A model generated the notes under the pieces. That model saw nothing but the letters and a program-made list of their open reading frames with translations, made no database searches and was not told the origin of the DNA. DNA of 33,811 nt from Burkholderiaceae bacterium (lineage in GTDB: Bacteria; Pseudomonadota; Gammaproteobacteria; Burkholderiales; Burkholderiaceae_A), in assembly GCA_049418645.1 (NCBI GenBank), contig JBMSJG010000001.1:1-33811 (forward strand), read 5' to 3'. This document shows, piece after piece, positions 1-7,873 of this stretch (positions within the stretch are counted from its first letter, which is position 1; every line of letters starts with the position of its first letter). The translations under genes were made by a program, and so were the position numbers.

Positions 1-92
1 CCGAATGTCGTGACACGGTGTCACGGCTGCCTTCTCCACGCGGGCCCTGCGTGGACTTGATCCTTGCGGATCAACTCTAAGGAGAACCTCCC

Positions 93-239
93 ATGAGCGA
101 TAACAAAAGCATCTCCGGAATGTCCGACGAAGAAGCCCAAGAGTTCCACACGTATTACATGCAGGGCTTGGTCGGATTCACGGCATTAGCCGTCCTAGCC
201 CATATCTTGGTCTGGGCCTGGCGTCCCTGGTTCCACTAA
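93..239 (+). CDS. pufB: Light-harvesting complex 1 (LH1/B870) beta subunit, 48 aa
   Basis: Hand translation (absent from ORF track): [48 protein letters not shown]. Shows the SG(L/M)SxxEAxEFH, AxxAH and WRPW motifs of LH beta; RBS TAAGGAG at 78-84. Confidence 0.97.
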   Translation: MSDNKSISGMSDEEAQEFHTYYMQGLVGFTALAVLAHILVWAWRPWFH

Positions 240-263
240 ATCCCTGATACAGGAGGCCTAGCC

Positions 264-488
264 ATGCAGCAGAGTTCATCACTGGCTCCACGGTCCAACG
301 TTAAAGCTGATTCCTTGGCTTTTTCGATGGTGTTCGTTTCGGTCTACATCGCATTCTTTGGAATTGCTTTGTTGGCAACGATTCTGATGCTGAACTGGCG
401 CAGTTGGTTTCCTGGCGCAGAGAGCAGTCGGAATCTATTTAGTGGTGTTAGGGCAGCTGTCTACACCCTGATGTCACACATCACCTAA
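264..488 (+). CDS. Uncharacterised 74-aa single-TM protein, LH1-beta-like but lacking the BChl-ligand His (orf74)
   Basis: AGGAGG at 251-256, 7 nt before the ATG. Fills the pufB-pufA gap. One hydrophobic helix followed by WRSWF; ungapped alignment to this window's PufB. Confidence 0.85.
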   Translation: MQQSSSLAPRSNVKADSLAFSMVFVSVYIAFFGIALLATILMLNWRSWFPGAESSRNLFSGVRAAVYTLMSHIT

Positions 489-503
489 GAAGGAGTAAAC
501 GTC

Positions 504-686
504 ATGTGGCGAATTTGGAAACTTTACGACCCACTGCGTGCAATGGTCGTGCAAGGTGTCTTCTTGTTCGGCCTGGCAGCAATGATTCACCTCATTCTGC
601 TCAGCACAGTTCGTTTCAATTGGTTAGATGGCCTGAGCCAAGCCGAGTACAAGGCTTCGGTTGCGAAGGTCGCTGCACAGAAGTAG
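504..686 (+). CDS. pufA: Light-harvesting complex 1 alpha subunit, 60 aa
   Basis: [10 protein letters not shown]...[15 protein letters not shown] is the LH1-alpha signature; RBS AAGGAG at 491-496. Confidence 0.97.
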   Translation: MWRIWKLYDPLRAMVVQGVFLFGLAAMIHLILLSTVRFNWLDGLSQAEYKASVAKVAAQK

Positions 687-694
687 GAAAAAAG

Positions 695-734
695 GCAGGC
701 AATCTCAGAAAGCTAGCGACCTGAGATTGCCTGC
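695..734 (+). promoter_or_regulatory. pufA-pufL intercistronic stem-loop (mRNA decay barrier / differential stability element)
   Basis: Perfect 14-bp inverted repeat GCAGGCAATCTCAG (695-708) / CTGAGATTGCCTGC (721-734) with a 12-nt loop and no U-tract on +. Same position as the known puf stem-loop that stabilises pufBA mRNA. Confidence 0.85.
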
Positions 735-758
735 TCATTGAATGAGGGGAGCCTAAAA

Positions 759-1583
759 ATGGCCATGCTCAGTTTTGAGAGAAAGTACAGAGTGAGGGGC
801 GGCACCTTGTTGGGTGGCGATCTCTTTGATTTTTGGGTGGGCCCTTTTTATGTCGGATTCTTCGGGGTCTTGACCATATTCTTTAGCTTCTTGGGCACCG
901 CACTGATTCTCTACGGTGCCTCCCAGGGGCCGACATGGAATCTCTGGCAGATCAGCATTGCCCCACCGGACATTAAGTATGGGCTTGGTCTTGCACCCCT
1001 CATGCAGGGGGGGCTCTGGCAGATCATTACCGTCTGTGCGATTGGCGCATTCGGCAGTTGGGCCCTTCGTGAGGTCGAGATCTGCCGCAAGCTGGGGATG
1101 GGCTTTCATGTTCCCTTCGCCTTTAGCGTTGCCATTTTTGCCTATGTGACCCTGGTGGTCATTCGGCCGCTTCTGCTGGGTGCCTGGGGGCATGGATTCC
1201 CCTACGGCATCCTAAGTCACTTGGACTGGGTCTCGAATGTGGGCTACCAGTTTCTGCACTTTCACTACAACCCCGCGCACATGATTGCGGTGAGTCTGTT
1301 CTTCACCACGACATTTGCCCTGGCACTGCACGGCTCTCTGATCCTATCGGCGACCAATCCCGGGAAGGGCGAAGTCGTGAAGACCCCTGAGTACGAGGAC
1401 ACCTTCTTCCGCGACATCATTGGCTATTCAGTTGGCACGCTTGGTATTCACCGTCTGGGTCTTTTCCTCGCGCTTGCAGCTGGATTCTTTAGCGCCGTCT
1501 GCATCGTCATCAGCGGCCCCTTCTGGTCACGTGGCTGGCCCGAGTGGTGGGGCTGGTGGCTGCGTCTGCCAATTTGGTCATAA
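759..1583 (+). CDS. pufL: Photosynthetic reaction centre L subunit
   Basis: [54 protein letters not shown]. Start moved to ATG 759 (RBS GAGGGGA at 744-750). Confidence 0.99.
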   Translation: MAMLSFERKYRVRGGTLLGGDLFDFWVGPFYVGFFGVLTIFFSFLGTALILYGASQGPTWNLWQISIAPPDIKYGLGLAPLMQGGLWQIITVCAIGAFGSWALREVEICRKLGMGFHVPFAFSVAIFAYVTLVVIRPLLLGAWGHGFPYGILSHLDWVSNVGYQFLHFHYNPAHMIAVSLFFTTTFALALHGSLILSATNPGKGEVVKTPEYEDTFFRDIIGYSVGTLGIHRLGLFLALAAGFFSAVCIVISGPFWSRGWPEWWGWWLRLPIWS

Positions 1584-1606
1584 GCGGAATCGGGGAGAAC
1601 AACATC

Positions 1607-2584
1607 ATGGCTGACTATCAAAATCTCTTTACCCAGGTTCAGGTCAATGGACCAATTGAGTTGGGGATTCCATTGGACCGCGCTCGCGACAACGCGGAAC
1701 GGATTGGCAAGCCCTGGCACTGGCATCTGGCCGGGCGATTGGGCAACGCCCAGATTGGTCCCATCTACCTGGGCTTTACCGGAATTGCCTCGATTGTCTT
1801 TTTCCTGATCGGCTTCACCGCCATTGGCTGGAATTATCTAGTGCAGGTGAACTACAGCCCGATTGAGTTTGTACGCCAGTTGTTCTGGCTGAGTGTGGAC
1901 CCACCCAATGCGAGCTATGGACTGCGCATTCCCCCCATGAATCAGGGCGGCTGGTGGCTCTTCTCTGGCTTCTTTATTACCGTGGCGATTCTGCTCTGGT
2001 GGGTGAGGACCTATCGACGGGCGCGCGCCTTGAAGATGGGCACGCATGTGGCCTGGGCCTTTGCTGGAGCGATTTGGCTTTATCTGGTCCTGGGATTCTT
2101 TCGCCCCATCCTGATGGGCAGCTGGGCTGAGGCGGTGCCTTGGGGCATCTTCTCTCACCTGGACTGGACCACGGCCTTCTCACTTCGCTATGGCAACCTG
2201 TTCTACAACCCGTTCCACATGCTGTCGATTGCCTTTCTGTACGGTTCGACCCTTCTGTTCGCCATGCACGGCGCCACTATTCTGGCGGTGAGTCGATATG
2301 GTGGTGAGCGCGAGATCGAGCAGATTGTGGATCGCGGCTCTGCATCTGAGCGCGCAGCCCTGTTCTGGCGCTGGACCATGGGCTTTAACGCCACGATGGA
2401 ATCTATCCACCGTTGGGCCTGGTGGTTTGCGGTCCTGACCTGTATCACGGGTGGCATCGGCATCCTGTTGACGGGGACCGTGGTGGACAACTGGTATCTC
2501 TGGTCGGTCAAGCATGGTGTGGCACCCGGCTATCCAGCCATCTGGGGCCCTGTGGTGGATCCCTTGACCACTGGCGCCCAATAA
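1607..2584 (+). CDS. pufM: Photosynthetic reaction centre M subunit
   Basis: [56 protein letters not shown]. Start at ATG 1607 after GGGGAG. Confidence 0.99.
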   Translation: MADYQNLFTQVQVNGPIELGIPLDRARDNAERIGKPWHWHLAGRLGNAQIGPIYLGFTGIASIVFFLIGFTAIGWNYLVQVNYSPIEFVRQLFWLSVDPPNASYGLRIPPMNQGGWWLFSGFFITVAILLWWVRTYRRARALKMGTHVAWAFAGAIWLYLVLGFFRPILMGSWAEAVPWGIFSHLDWTTAFSLRYGNLFYNPFHMLSIAFLYGSTLLFAMHGATILAVSRYGGEREIEQIVDRGSASERAALFWRWTMGFNATMESIHRWAWWFAVLTCITGGIGILLTGTVVDNWYLWSVKHGVAPGYPAIWGPVVDPLTTGAQ

Positions 2585-2598
2585 GAAAAGGACCCCAA

Positions 2599-3678
2599 AT
2601 GATGAAAACAACCTATCAGACTTGGACCATTGGGCTCCTTCTTGGTATGAGCCTGGCCTTGACCGGCTGTGAGCGCCCACCAAAGGTCGTCGAGCAGATT
2701 GGCTACCGCGGCACCGGTATGGAAAAGGTGGTTAACCCGAGAATCGAGGCGGTGAAGAAGACGGCCAATGAGGTTCCCGAGCCGCTGCCCCCCGCCGAGA
2801 AGGGTGGCAAGAAGGCCTCTGCCGTATACAAAAATGTCAAGGTGTTGGGCGACCTGACTGAAAACGAATTCAATCGGGTCATGTTGGCGATTACGACCTG
2901 GGTCGCTCCGGATCAGGGCTGCACCTTCTGTCACAACGCAGCGAATTTCGCCGAAGACACGCTGTATCAAAAGGTCGTGGCGCGGAAAATGATTCAGATG
3001 ACCACGACCATTAATAGCAAATGGCAGGCTCACGTCGGTAACACCGGCGTGACCTGTTACACCTGTCACCGTGGCAACAATGTCCCCAATAAGCTCTGGT
3101 TTACAGCGCCCGAGGTGAAGACGGCTGGACGTATGCTGGGCAATGATTTTGGGCAGAACAAGGCGGGCCAGGACAGCGTGAAAAACGCCTCGCTGCCTTA
3201 TGATCCCTTCACACCCTTCTTGCTGAAAGACACCAATATTCGGGTGGCCGGGACCACGGCGCTTCCGACCGGAAACAAGACGTCCCTTAAGCAGGCGGAG
3301 TACGTGCACGGTCTGATGATTCACATGTCCGACAGCCTTGGAGCAAACTGCACCACTTGTCACAACACCCGAGCCATGGCCCAGTGGGATGAGAGTACGC
3401 CCCAGCGGACCACCGCCTGGGTGGGCATTCGCATGGTCCGTGACTTGAACAACAACTTTGTGGTGCCCCTAACCGGCATCCAGCCGGCTCATCGACTGGG
3501 CCCAACCGGTGATATTGGCAAGGTGAACTGTGCTACCTGTCACAACGGTGTCCAGAAACCACTCTACGGGACCTCCATGCTCCAGGCCTATCCAGAGCTC
3601 AAGGGCAGCCTACCGGTCGAGAAGGTGGCAGCGATGGCAGCCCCGGCCACGCCACCCAAGGACCACATGAGACGCTAA
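2599..3678 (+). CDS. pufC: Reaction-centre-bound tetraheme cytochrome c subunit (lipoprotein)
   Basis: Lipobox LALTG|CERPP, QIGYRGTGM, and four CxxCH motifs (CTFCH, CYTCH, CTTCH, CATCH). Start at ATG 2599 or 2602. Confidence 0.98.
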   Translation: MMKTTYQTWTIGLLLGMSLALTGCERPPKVVEQIGYRGTGMEKVVNPRIEAVKKTANEVPEPLPPAEKGGKKASAVYKNVKVLGDLTENEFNRVMLAITTWVAPDQGCTFCHNAANFAEDTLYQKVVARKMIQMTTTINSKWQAHVGNTGVTCYTCHRGNNVPNKLWFTAPEVKTAGRMLGNDFGQNKAGQDSVKNASLPYDPFTPFLLKDTNIRVAGTTALPTGNKTSLKQAEYVHGLMIHMSDSLGANCTTCHNTRAMAQWDESTPQRTTAWVGIRMVRDLNNNFVVPLTGIQPAHRLGPTGDIGKVNCATCHNGVQKPLYGTSMLQAYPELKGSLPVEKVAAMAAPATPPKDHMRR

Positions 3679-3683
3679 CGAAT

Positions 3684-3783
3684 TCACAAAAGCACCTCCT
3701 CTCCTGGAGTGTGACTCAGGGCCCTCTCCCCGGGGGCGCCTGATTCAGCGCCAGCCAACGACAGTTGGCTGGCGTCTTTTTTT
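3684..3783 (+). ncRNA. Candidate structured 3'-UTR RNA / sRNA with CU-rich loops
   Basis: Two hairpins with pyrimidine-rich tops (CCTCCTCTCCT near 3695-3705; CCCTCTCCCC near 3722-3731) directly before the terminator. Structure inferred by eye only. Confidence 0.4.
3749..3783 (+). terminator. Rho-independent terminator of the puf operon
   Basis: 11-bp stem CGCCAGCCAAC / GTTGGCTGGCG with a GACA loop, followed by TCTTTTTTT. Lies between convergent pufC and tspO. Confidence 0.92.
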
Positions 3784-3803
3784 CGGTAGGACGAGGGGGG
3801 TGG

Positions 3804-4268
3804 TTAGTTCAGTCGAACCACTGCGGCGTTGAGCAATGCCGCAAAGCTAACCCAGGCCAGGTAGGGCCAGAGCAGCCGGGCGGCCTTGGGTGCGTAGGGC
3901 CGAAGGTGCCAGATGAGCAAGACGATCGAACCCCAGAGGAGGCTGACCTCGATGACGGCCCACGAAGGTCGCTGCAGCTTGAAAAAAAGCAGGCTCCAGC
4001 CTATGTTCAACAAGGCGTTGAGGGACCATAGGCCGAGTAGACGCTGGCGTGTCTGAACAGGTTGCGTGGCACTGGCTCGCCAGGCGATGACGCCGGACCA
4101 GGCCATTAGCGCAAAGAGGGTTGTCCAGGCGGGCCCAAAGAGCCAGTCGGGTGGCTTCCATGCGGGCTGGTTCAGGGCGTAGTACCAGTCGTCTAAGATG
4201 GTCAAACCTCCACCGATGCTGGCGGTCGCGAAGGCGAGGCCAGCGGCAACCCAGGCATCGCGCCTCAT
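3804..4268 (-). CDS. tspO: Tryptophan-rich sensory protein TspO/CrtK
   Basis: WYYALNQPAWKPPDWLFGPAWT, LNIGWSLLFF, LLWPYLAWVSFA; 154 aa. Start overlaps the bchP stop (ATGA). Confidence 0.96.
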   Translation of the reverse strand: MRRDAWVAAGLAFATASIGGGLTILDDWYYALNQPAWKPPDWLFGPAWTTLFALMAWSGVIAWRASATQPVQTRQRLLGLWSLNALLNIGWSLLFFKLQRPSWAVIEVSLLWGSIVLLIWHLRPYAPKAARLLWPYLAWVSFAALLNAAVVRLN

Positions 4269-5476
4269 GCTCGAGCGAAACCGAGAAGGTGAGCGATGTC
4301 TTTGGCCAGAATGCGGAGGTGAGCCATGGGGCGGCGTCTGACGAGTTCTTTGTTCATATAGGCATCAAAGGTGAGTTGCTGGACATCCTTGTCTTTGCAT
4401 ATTTTGACAAATTGCTCGCGCCTTTTATCGGTTTGATACCAGAATCGTTGCAGCAGGCCGAGTATAAAAAACACCCGTCCATGGGCTTTCATGAAACGCG
4501 ATCTCGCCAGCCGAAGGTCGCGAACGTTGCCACTTTCTAAAAAGGCCATGCCGGCCTGAGCGGCTAGTTGCCCACCAAGCATCGCATAGTAGATGCCTTC
4601 ACCTGAGGCCGGTGCAACGACACCGGCAGCATCGCCAGCCAGGACGACATGATGGCCATCGTCCCATTGTGGCAGTGGCTTCAGGGGAATTGGGGCGCCC
4701 TCTTTTCGGAGCAGTTCACACTGGTCCAGCCCAGCCCTCTGCTTCAGAAGTCCCGTCGCACTTCGGAGTGAGAAGCCCTTATCCATGCTTCCTGTGCCGA
4801 TGCTGAGGCAATTGCCATGCGGAAACATCCAGCCATAAAAGTCCGGTGAGATATCCCCTTGGTAATAGACGTCACATCGATCGGGGTCGTAATCGGACTG
4901 CTGAGCCATCTGGTGATCTGGTCGTCTCAGGATCTCATGGTAGGCAAAGACGGTCTTGCCACGATCGGCGCCGGGTACACATTGTTTGGCGACCTGGGAC
5001 TTGGCGCCATCCGCACCGATGACCAGCCGAGCTCGAATGGTCTGTCTGACCGGTGGTCCTGATGGGCCTTGAAGCTCAACCTCCAGTCGCCGCTCTGGGC
5101 TGCCATCTGGTGCATAGATGCGACTGAACTGACCAACCAGTCGTTTTGCACCGGCCTGGGCGGCTCGGCCACGCAGATACTCGTCAAACTCGCCGCGGTT
5201 AACCATCCCCACAAAGCCATTGTCGATGGGAATGTCGACCTGTTGCCGGCTGGGGGAAATCATTCGGGCACAGCGAATTTTCGCGACCAACAGCTCATCT
5301 GGAATTTTGAAGTCTCGAATGAGCCTAGGGGGAACGGCGCCACCACAGGGCTTTACCCGTCCCGCGCGATCGATTAGCGCGACCGACCATCCGGCTTGGG
5401 CCAGTTCCTCCGCCGCGATGGCACCAGAGGGTCCGCCACCAATCACGACTGCATCGTATGAAAGGGTTTCAGGCAC
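4265..5476 (-). CDS. bchP: Geranylgeranyl reductase
   Basis: FAD motif VIGGGPSG, KPCGGAVPPRLI, PDFYGWMFPHG, GDAAGVVAPASGEGIYYAM. Confidence 0.97.
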   Translation of the reverse strand: MPETLSYDAVVIGGGPSGAIAAEELAQAGWSVALIDRAGRVKPCGGAVPPRLIRDFKIPDELLVAKIRCARMISPSRQQVDIPIDNGFVGMVNRGEFDEYLRGRAAQAGAKRLVGQFSRIYAPDGSPERRLEVELQGPSGPPVRQTIRARLVIGADGAKSQVAKQCVPGADRGKTVFAYHEILRRPDHQMAQQSDYDPDRCDVYYQGDISPDFYGWMFPHGNCLSIGTGSMDKGFSLRSATGLLKQRAGLDQCELLRKEGAPIPLKPLPQWDDGHHVVLAGDAAGVVAPASGEGIYYAMLGGQLAAQAGMAFLESGNVRDLRLARSRFMKAHGRVFFILGLLQRFWYQTDKRREQFVKICKDKDVQQLTFDAYMNKELVRRRPMAHLRILAKDIAHLLGFARA

Positions 5477-6845
5477 GGCAGGTCTCCTCAGGGTTGAGTC
5501 CAGTCCCCGGCTGAGGCGATGGGCTGGTTGTGGTGTCGGAGTGATTCAGGCGGCTACCCAGGTAGGCAGCCCAGACAAAGCCCAGGGCCTCGAGCAGAAA
5601 GACAGTGCCGTAGGCGGTTGAGAGATCGCGAATGACCTGGCCCGCCAGGTCTGCCATGGCGGTGCCCAGCAGTCCGCCTGCCGCAAAGGCAATCGCCTGC
5701 GCCGCACCCCAGACTCCCATTCTTGTGCCCTCTCGATGGGCCTCCCCTTGGCCGGCCAGGGCCATCATGCTGGCGATGGCGGCGATGGAAAACGCGCCGT
5801 TGGCCATGCCCAGTGAGAAGACGTTCATGCGAAGGGGCCAGTCCGCGGGGGAGAGTCCCCCAAGGGTCAGGCCCGCCAGGGCTAAGCCAGACAGCAGGCA
5901 GCCAGCGATCGTCCAGAATCTCAGTAGACCCGGTCGTTTGCCAATGACCGGGATTAGTTGCGAGAGTGGAACCAGAAGCATGCCGGTCAGGACGCCTGCA
6001 TGCTGAAGACCTGAGAGCTGGGTGGACTGTCCTGGTGAGTAGCCGAAGACCAGGCCCGCATAGGGCTCCAGAATCAGATCCTGCGCGCTAAAGGCCAGCA
6101 TGCTGACAAAAACGAACACGGTAAAGCGACGAACCGAGGCCTGGTCCAAGACGCTCTGCAGGGCCTCTCGGAAACTGGGCTGGTCGGTCTGGCCCTGGCG
6201 GGCGCTGACCGGAGCCTTGCCGGTTGCGTTCGAATCGTCGGTCATACTGGGGGTGCGCTCCAGTTGCCAAGTCGCGACTAGGGTTAGAAGCAGGGCGAGT
6301 CCTGTCACCCAGGCCGAGACGAGCAAGAGTCGGTCCATGGTGAAGGGGTCCAGAAAGTGGCCAGCCGTGCCAGCGGTCACGGCAAATCCCGCGATCATCA
6401 TCAGCCAGACCGCCGTTGCGGCACCTGCTCTTCGCGAGGCCGGGACGGATTTGGCCAGCAGCGTGAGCACGGAGGTCCCGCAGGCGCTGACGCCAATCCC
6501 AATAAGGACAAATCCAAGTGCACAGATCAACAGCCCGGTCGAGAACGCGGTCACCATGAGGCCCGTCCCATAGCCTGCCGTCAGCCCGCCAACGGCCAGG
6601 CTGAGCATGCCCCCACGAATCCACGGCACGCATCGCCCAGACTGGTCGGCACCAAATCCCATGCGCGGACGAATGATCTGCAGCAGGTAGTGGCCTGCGA
6701 CCATCAGCCCAGGAATAATGGCGGCAAGACCCAGTTCAACGACGATGACCCGGTTGAGCGTTGAAGTGGCCAGGACCACGACACCACCGATGGCGGCCTG
6801 GACGAGTCCCAGGCGGCAGATCTGCAGCCAGCCAAACGGTTTCAT
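5469..6845 (-). CDS. PucC/BCD-family MFS transporter (bacteriochlorophyll delivery type)
   Basis: WLQICRLGLVQAAIG, TSTLNRVIVVELG, QDLILEPYAG, MGVWGAAQAIAF; typical position between bchG and bchP. Start moved to ATG 6845, just after the bchG stop. Confidence 0.92.
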   Translation of the reverse strand: MKPFGWLQICRLGLVQAAIGGVVVLATSTLNRVIVVELGLAAIIPGLMVAGHYLLQIIRPRMGFGADQSGRCVPWIRGGMLSLAVGGLTAGYGTGLMVTAFSTGLLICALGFVLIGIGVSACGTSVLTLLAKSVPASRRAGAATAVWLMMIAGFAVTAGTAGHFLDPFTMDRLLLVSAWVTGLALLLTLVATWQLERTPSMTDDSNATGKAPVSARQGQTDQPSFREALQSVLDQASVRRFTVFVFVSMLAFSAQDLILEPYAGLVFGYSPGQSTQLSGLQHAGVLTGMLLVPLSQLIPVIGKRPGLLRFWTIAGCLLSGLALAGLTLGGLSPADWPLRMNVFSLGMANGAFSIAAIASMMALAGQGEAHREGTRMGVWGAAQAIAFAAGGLLGTAMADLAGQVIRDLSTAYGTVFLLEALGFVWAAYLGSRLNHSDTTTSPSPQPGTGLNPEETCRA

Positions 6846-6847
6846 CT

Positions 6848-7801
6848 CTAGCTGACCTTTCCGATGGACCATGCGCTGACCATCATGCCGGTAACAAACA
6901 AGGGAACTCCGAAGCCACTGAGAGCCAGTGCCCGGTCTATCGGTGCTGCGAGAAACCAGCGCATGAGGGCCCCTTGGGCGAAGAGAAGGGCAGTCAGGCT
7001 GGCGGCGGCAACGGGATGGCCCCAGACGAGAAGCAGGGCCAGGACAATCAATTGAGGCACCAACATGATGAGGCAGGCGAGTTGTGCAGCCCTGCGTGGT
7101 CCATATAGGACTGGAAGAGATCGAATGCCATGGGTCCGGTCACCGGCGATGGCTTTGAAATCATTCAGGGCCATGATGCCCGCTGCCCCAAGGCTGTAGA
7201 GCAGGGCGAGTGCGATCACGGGTGAACTGGGCGGTTGGCCATTGGTCATCACGGCATGCCCGGTTAACCAGGCCAAGCCCTCGTAGGCGAGACCGCAGGC
7301 CAGAATACCCAGCCACCCATTTTGTTTGAGTCTGAGGGGTGGCGCGCTGTAGGCCCAGGCCAAGGCGAGTCCAGCGAGTCCAGCACCAAACCCCCAGGGT
7401 CCCAAGAGGCTTGCGACGCCGACCGACAGAAGAGTCCAGAGTAGCGCGAGTCGAAGCCCCCATTGGCCGGGTAGTCGGCCCGATGGGATCGGGCGATGCG
7501 GCTCATTGATGGCGTCCACGTGGCGATCGAACCAGTCGTTGATCGCCTGGCTGGTTGCGCAGACCATTGGCCCAGCAAGCACCAAGCCCAGCAGGGCCAG
7601 TGACCAGGATGACTGTAGGTCTTGGCCGGACGAGACCACCCCACAGGCGAAGGCCCACATTGGGGGGAACCACGTAATGGGTTTGAGCAATTCAAGGCTG
7701 GCCCCAGCCGCCTGGCGAACCGGTCGGTTGGTGGAGGGCTGGGCGGACTCGCTGCCCATGACCATAGGGGCGGACCCAGCGGGGTCGGTTTGGAGGGCCA
7801 T
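6848..7801 (-). CDS. bchG: Bacteriochlorophyll synthase
   Basis: ELLKPITWFPPMWAF, NDWFDRHVDAINEPHRPIPSGR, YSAPPLRLK, LNDFK. Confidence 0.97.
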   Translation of the reverse strand: MALQTDPAGSAPMVMGSESAQPSTNRPVRQAAGASLELLKPITWFPPMWAFACGVVSSGQDLQSSWSLALLGLVLAGPMVCATSQAINDWFDRHVDAINEPHRPIPSGRLPGQWGLRLALLWTLLSVGVASLLGPWGFGAGLAGLALAWAYSAPPLRLKQNGWLGILACGLAYEGLAWLTGHAVMTNGQPPSSPVIALALLYSLGAAGIMALNDFKAIAGDRTHGIRSLPVLYGPRRAAQLACLIMLVPQLIVLALLLVWGHPVAAASLTALLFAQGALMRWFLAAPIDRALALSGFGVPLFVTGMMVSAWSIGKVS

Positions 7802-7804
7802 GAA

Positions 7805-7848
7805 AGCATTCTCTACTTGACAAATCTGATCGTCAATTGCAATTTACA
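7805..7848. promoter_or_regulatory. Divergent bchG/crtI control region with two degenerate PpsR-like boxes 8 bp apart
   Basis: CGTCAATTGCAATTTACA (7831-7848) has one mismatch to TGT-N12-ACA; AGCATTCTCTACTTGACA (7805-7822) has two. AT-rich 72-bp intergenic region. Confidence 0.6.
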
Positions 7849-7873
7849 CTTTCTAGGACTAGAAGGCGGGGCT

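Noticed and set aside
506-724. 72-aa alternative-frame ORF overlapping pufA
   Set aside because: Shadow of pufA; no RBS of its own and it runs into the stem-loop.
759-2584. Possible atypical reaction centre (pufLM fusion or altered pigment ligands)
   Set aside because: pufL and pufM are separate genes with their own stops and starts; the His ligands and the FHYNPAH, YNPFH and Fe-ligand motifs look canonical.
2413-2598. Apparent N-terminal extensions in the ORF track for pufC (also pufL, pufM, crtI, crtD, bchN, lhaA, puhC)
   Set aside because: Longest-ORF artefacts; downstream ATGs with an RBS or stop/start overlap match the family N-termini.
2530-3363. 277-aa antisense ORF opposite pufC (similar long antisense ORFs at 18369-19211, 22426-23241 and 32562-33425)
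   Set aside because: No recognisable motifs; expected antisense shadows of genes in GC-rich DNA.
3679-3803. Possible pufX or extra pufBA copies after pufC
   Set aside because: The interval is 125 nt and filled by hairpins and a terminator; no ORF with an RBS.
7817-7836. FNR-like inverted repeat TTGAC...GTCAA
   Set aside because: The spacer is 10 nt rather than 4; better explained by the inner halves of tandem PpsR-like boxes.
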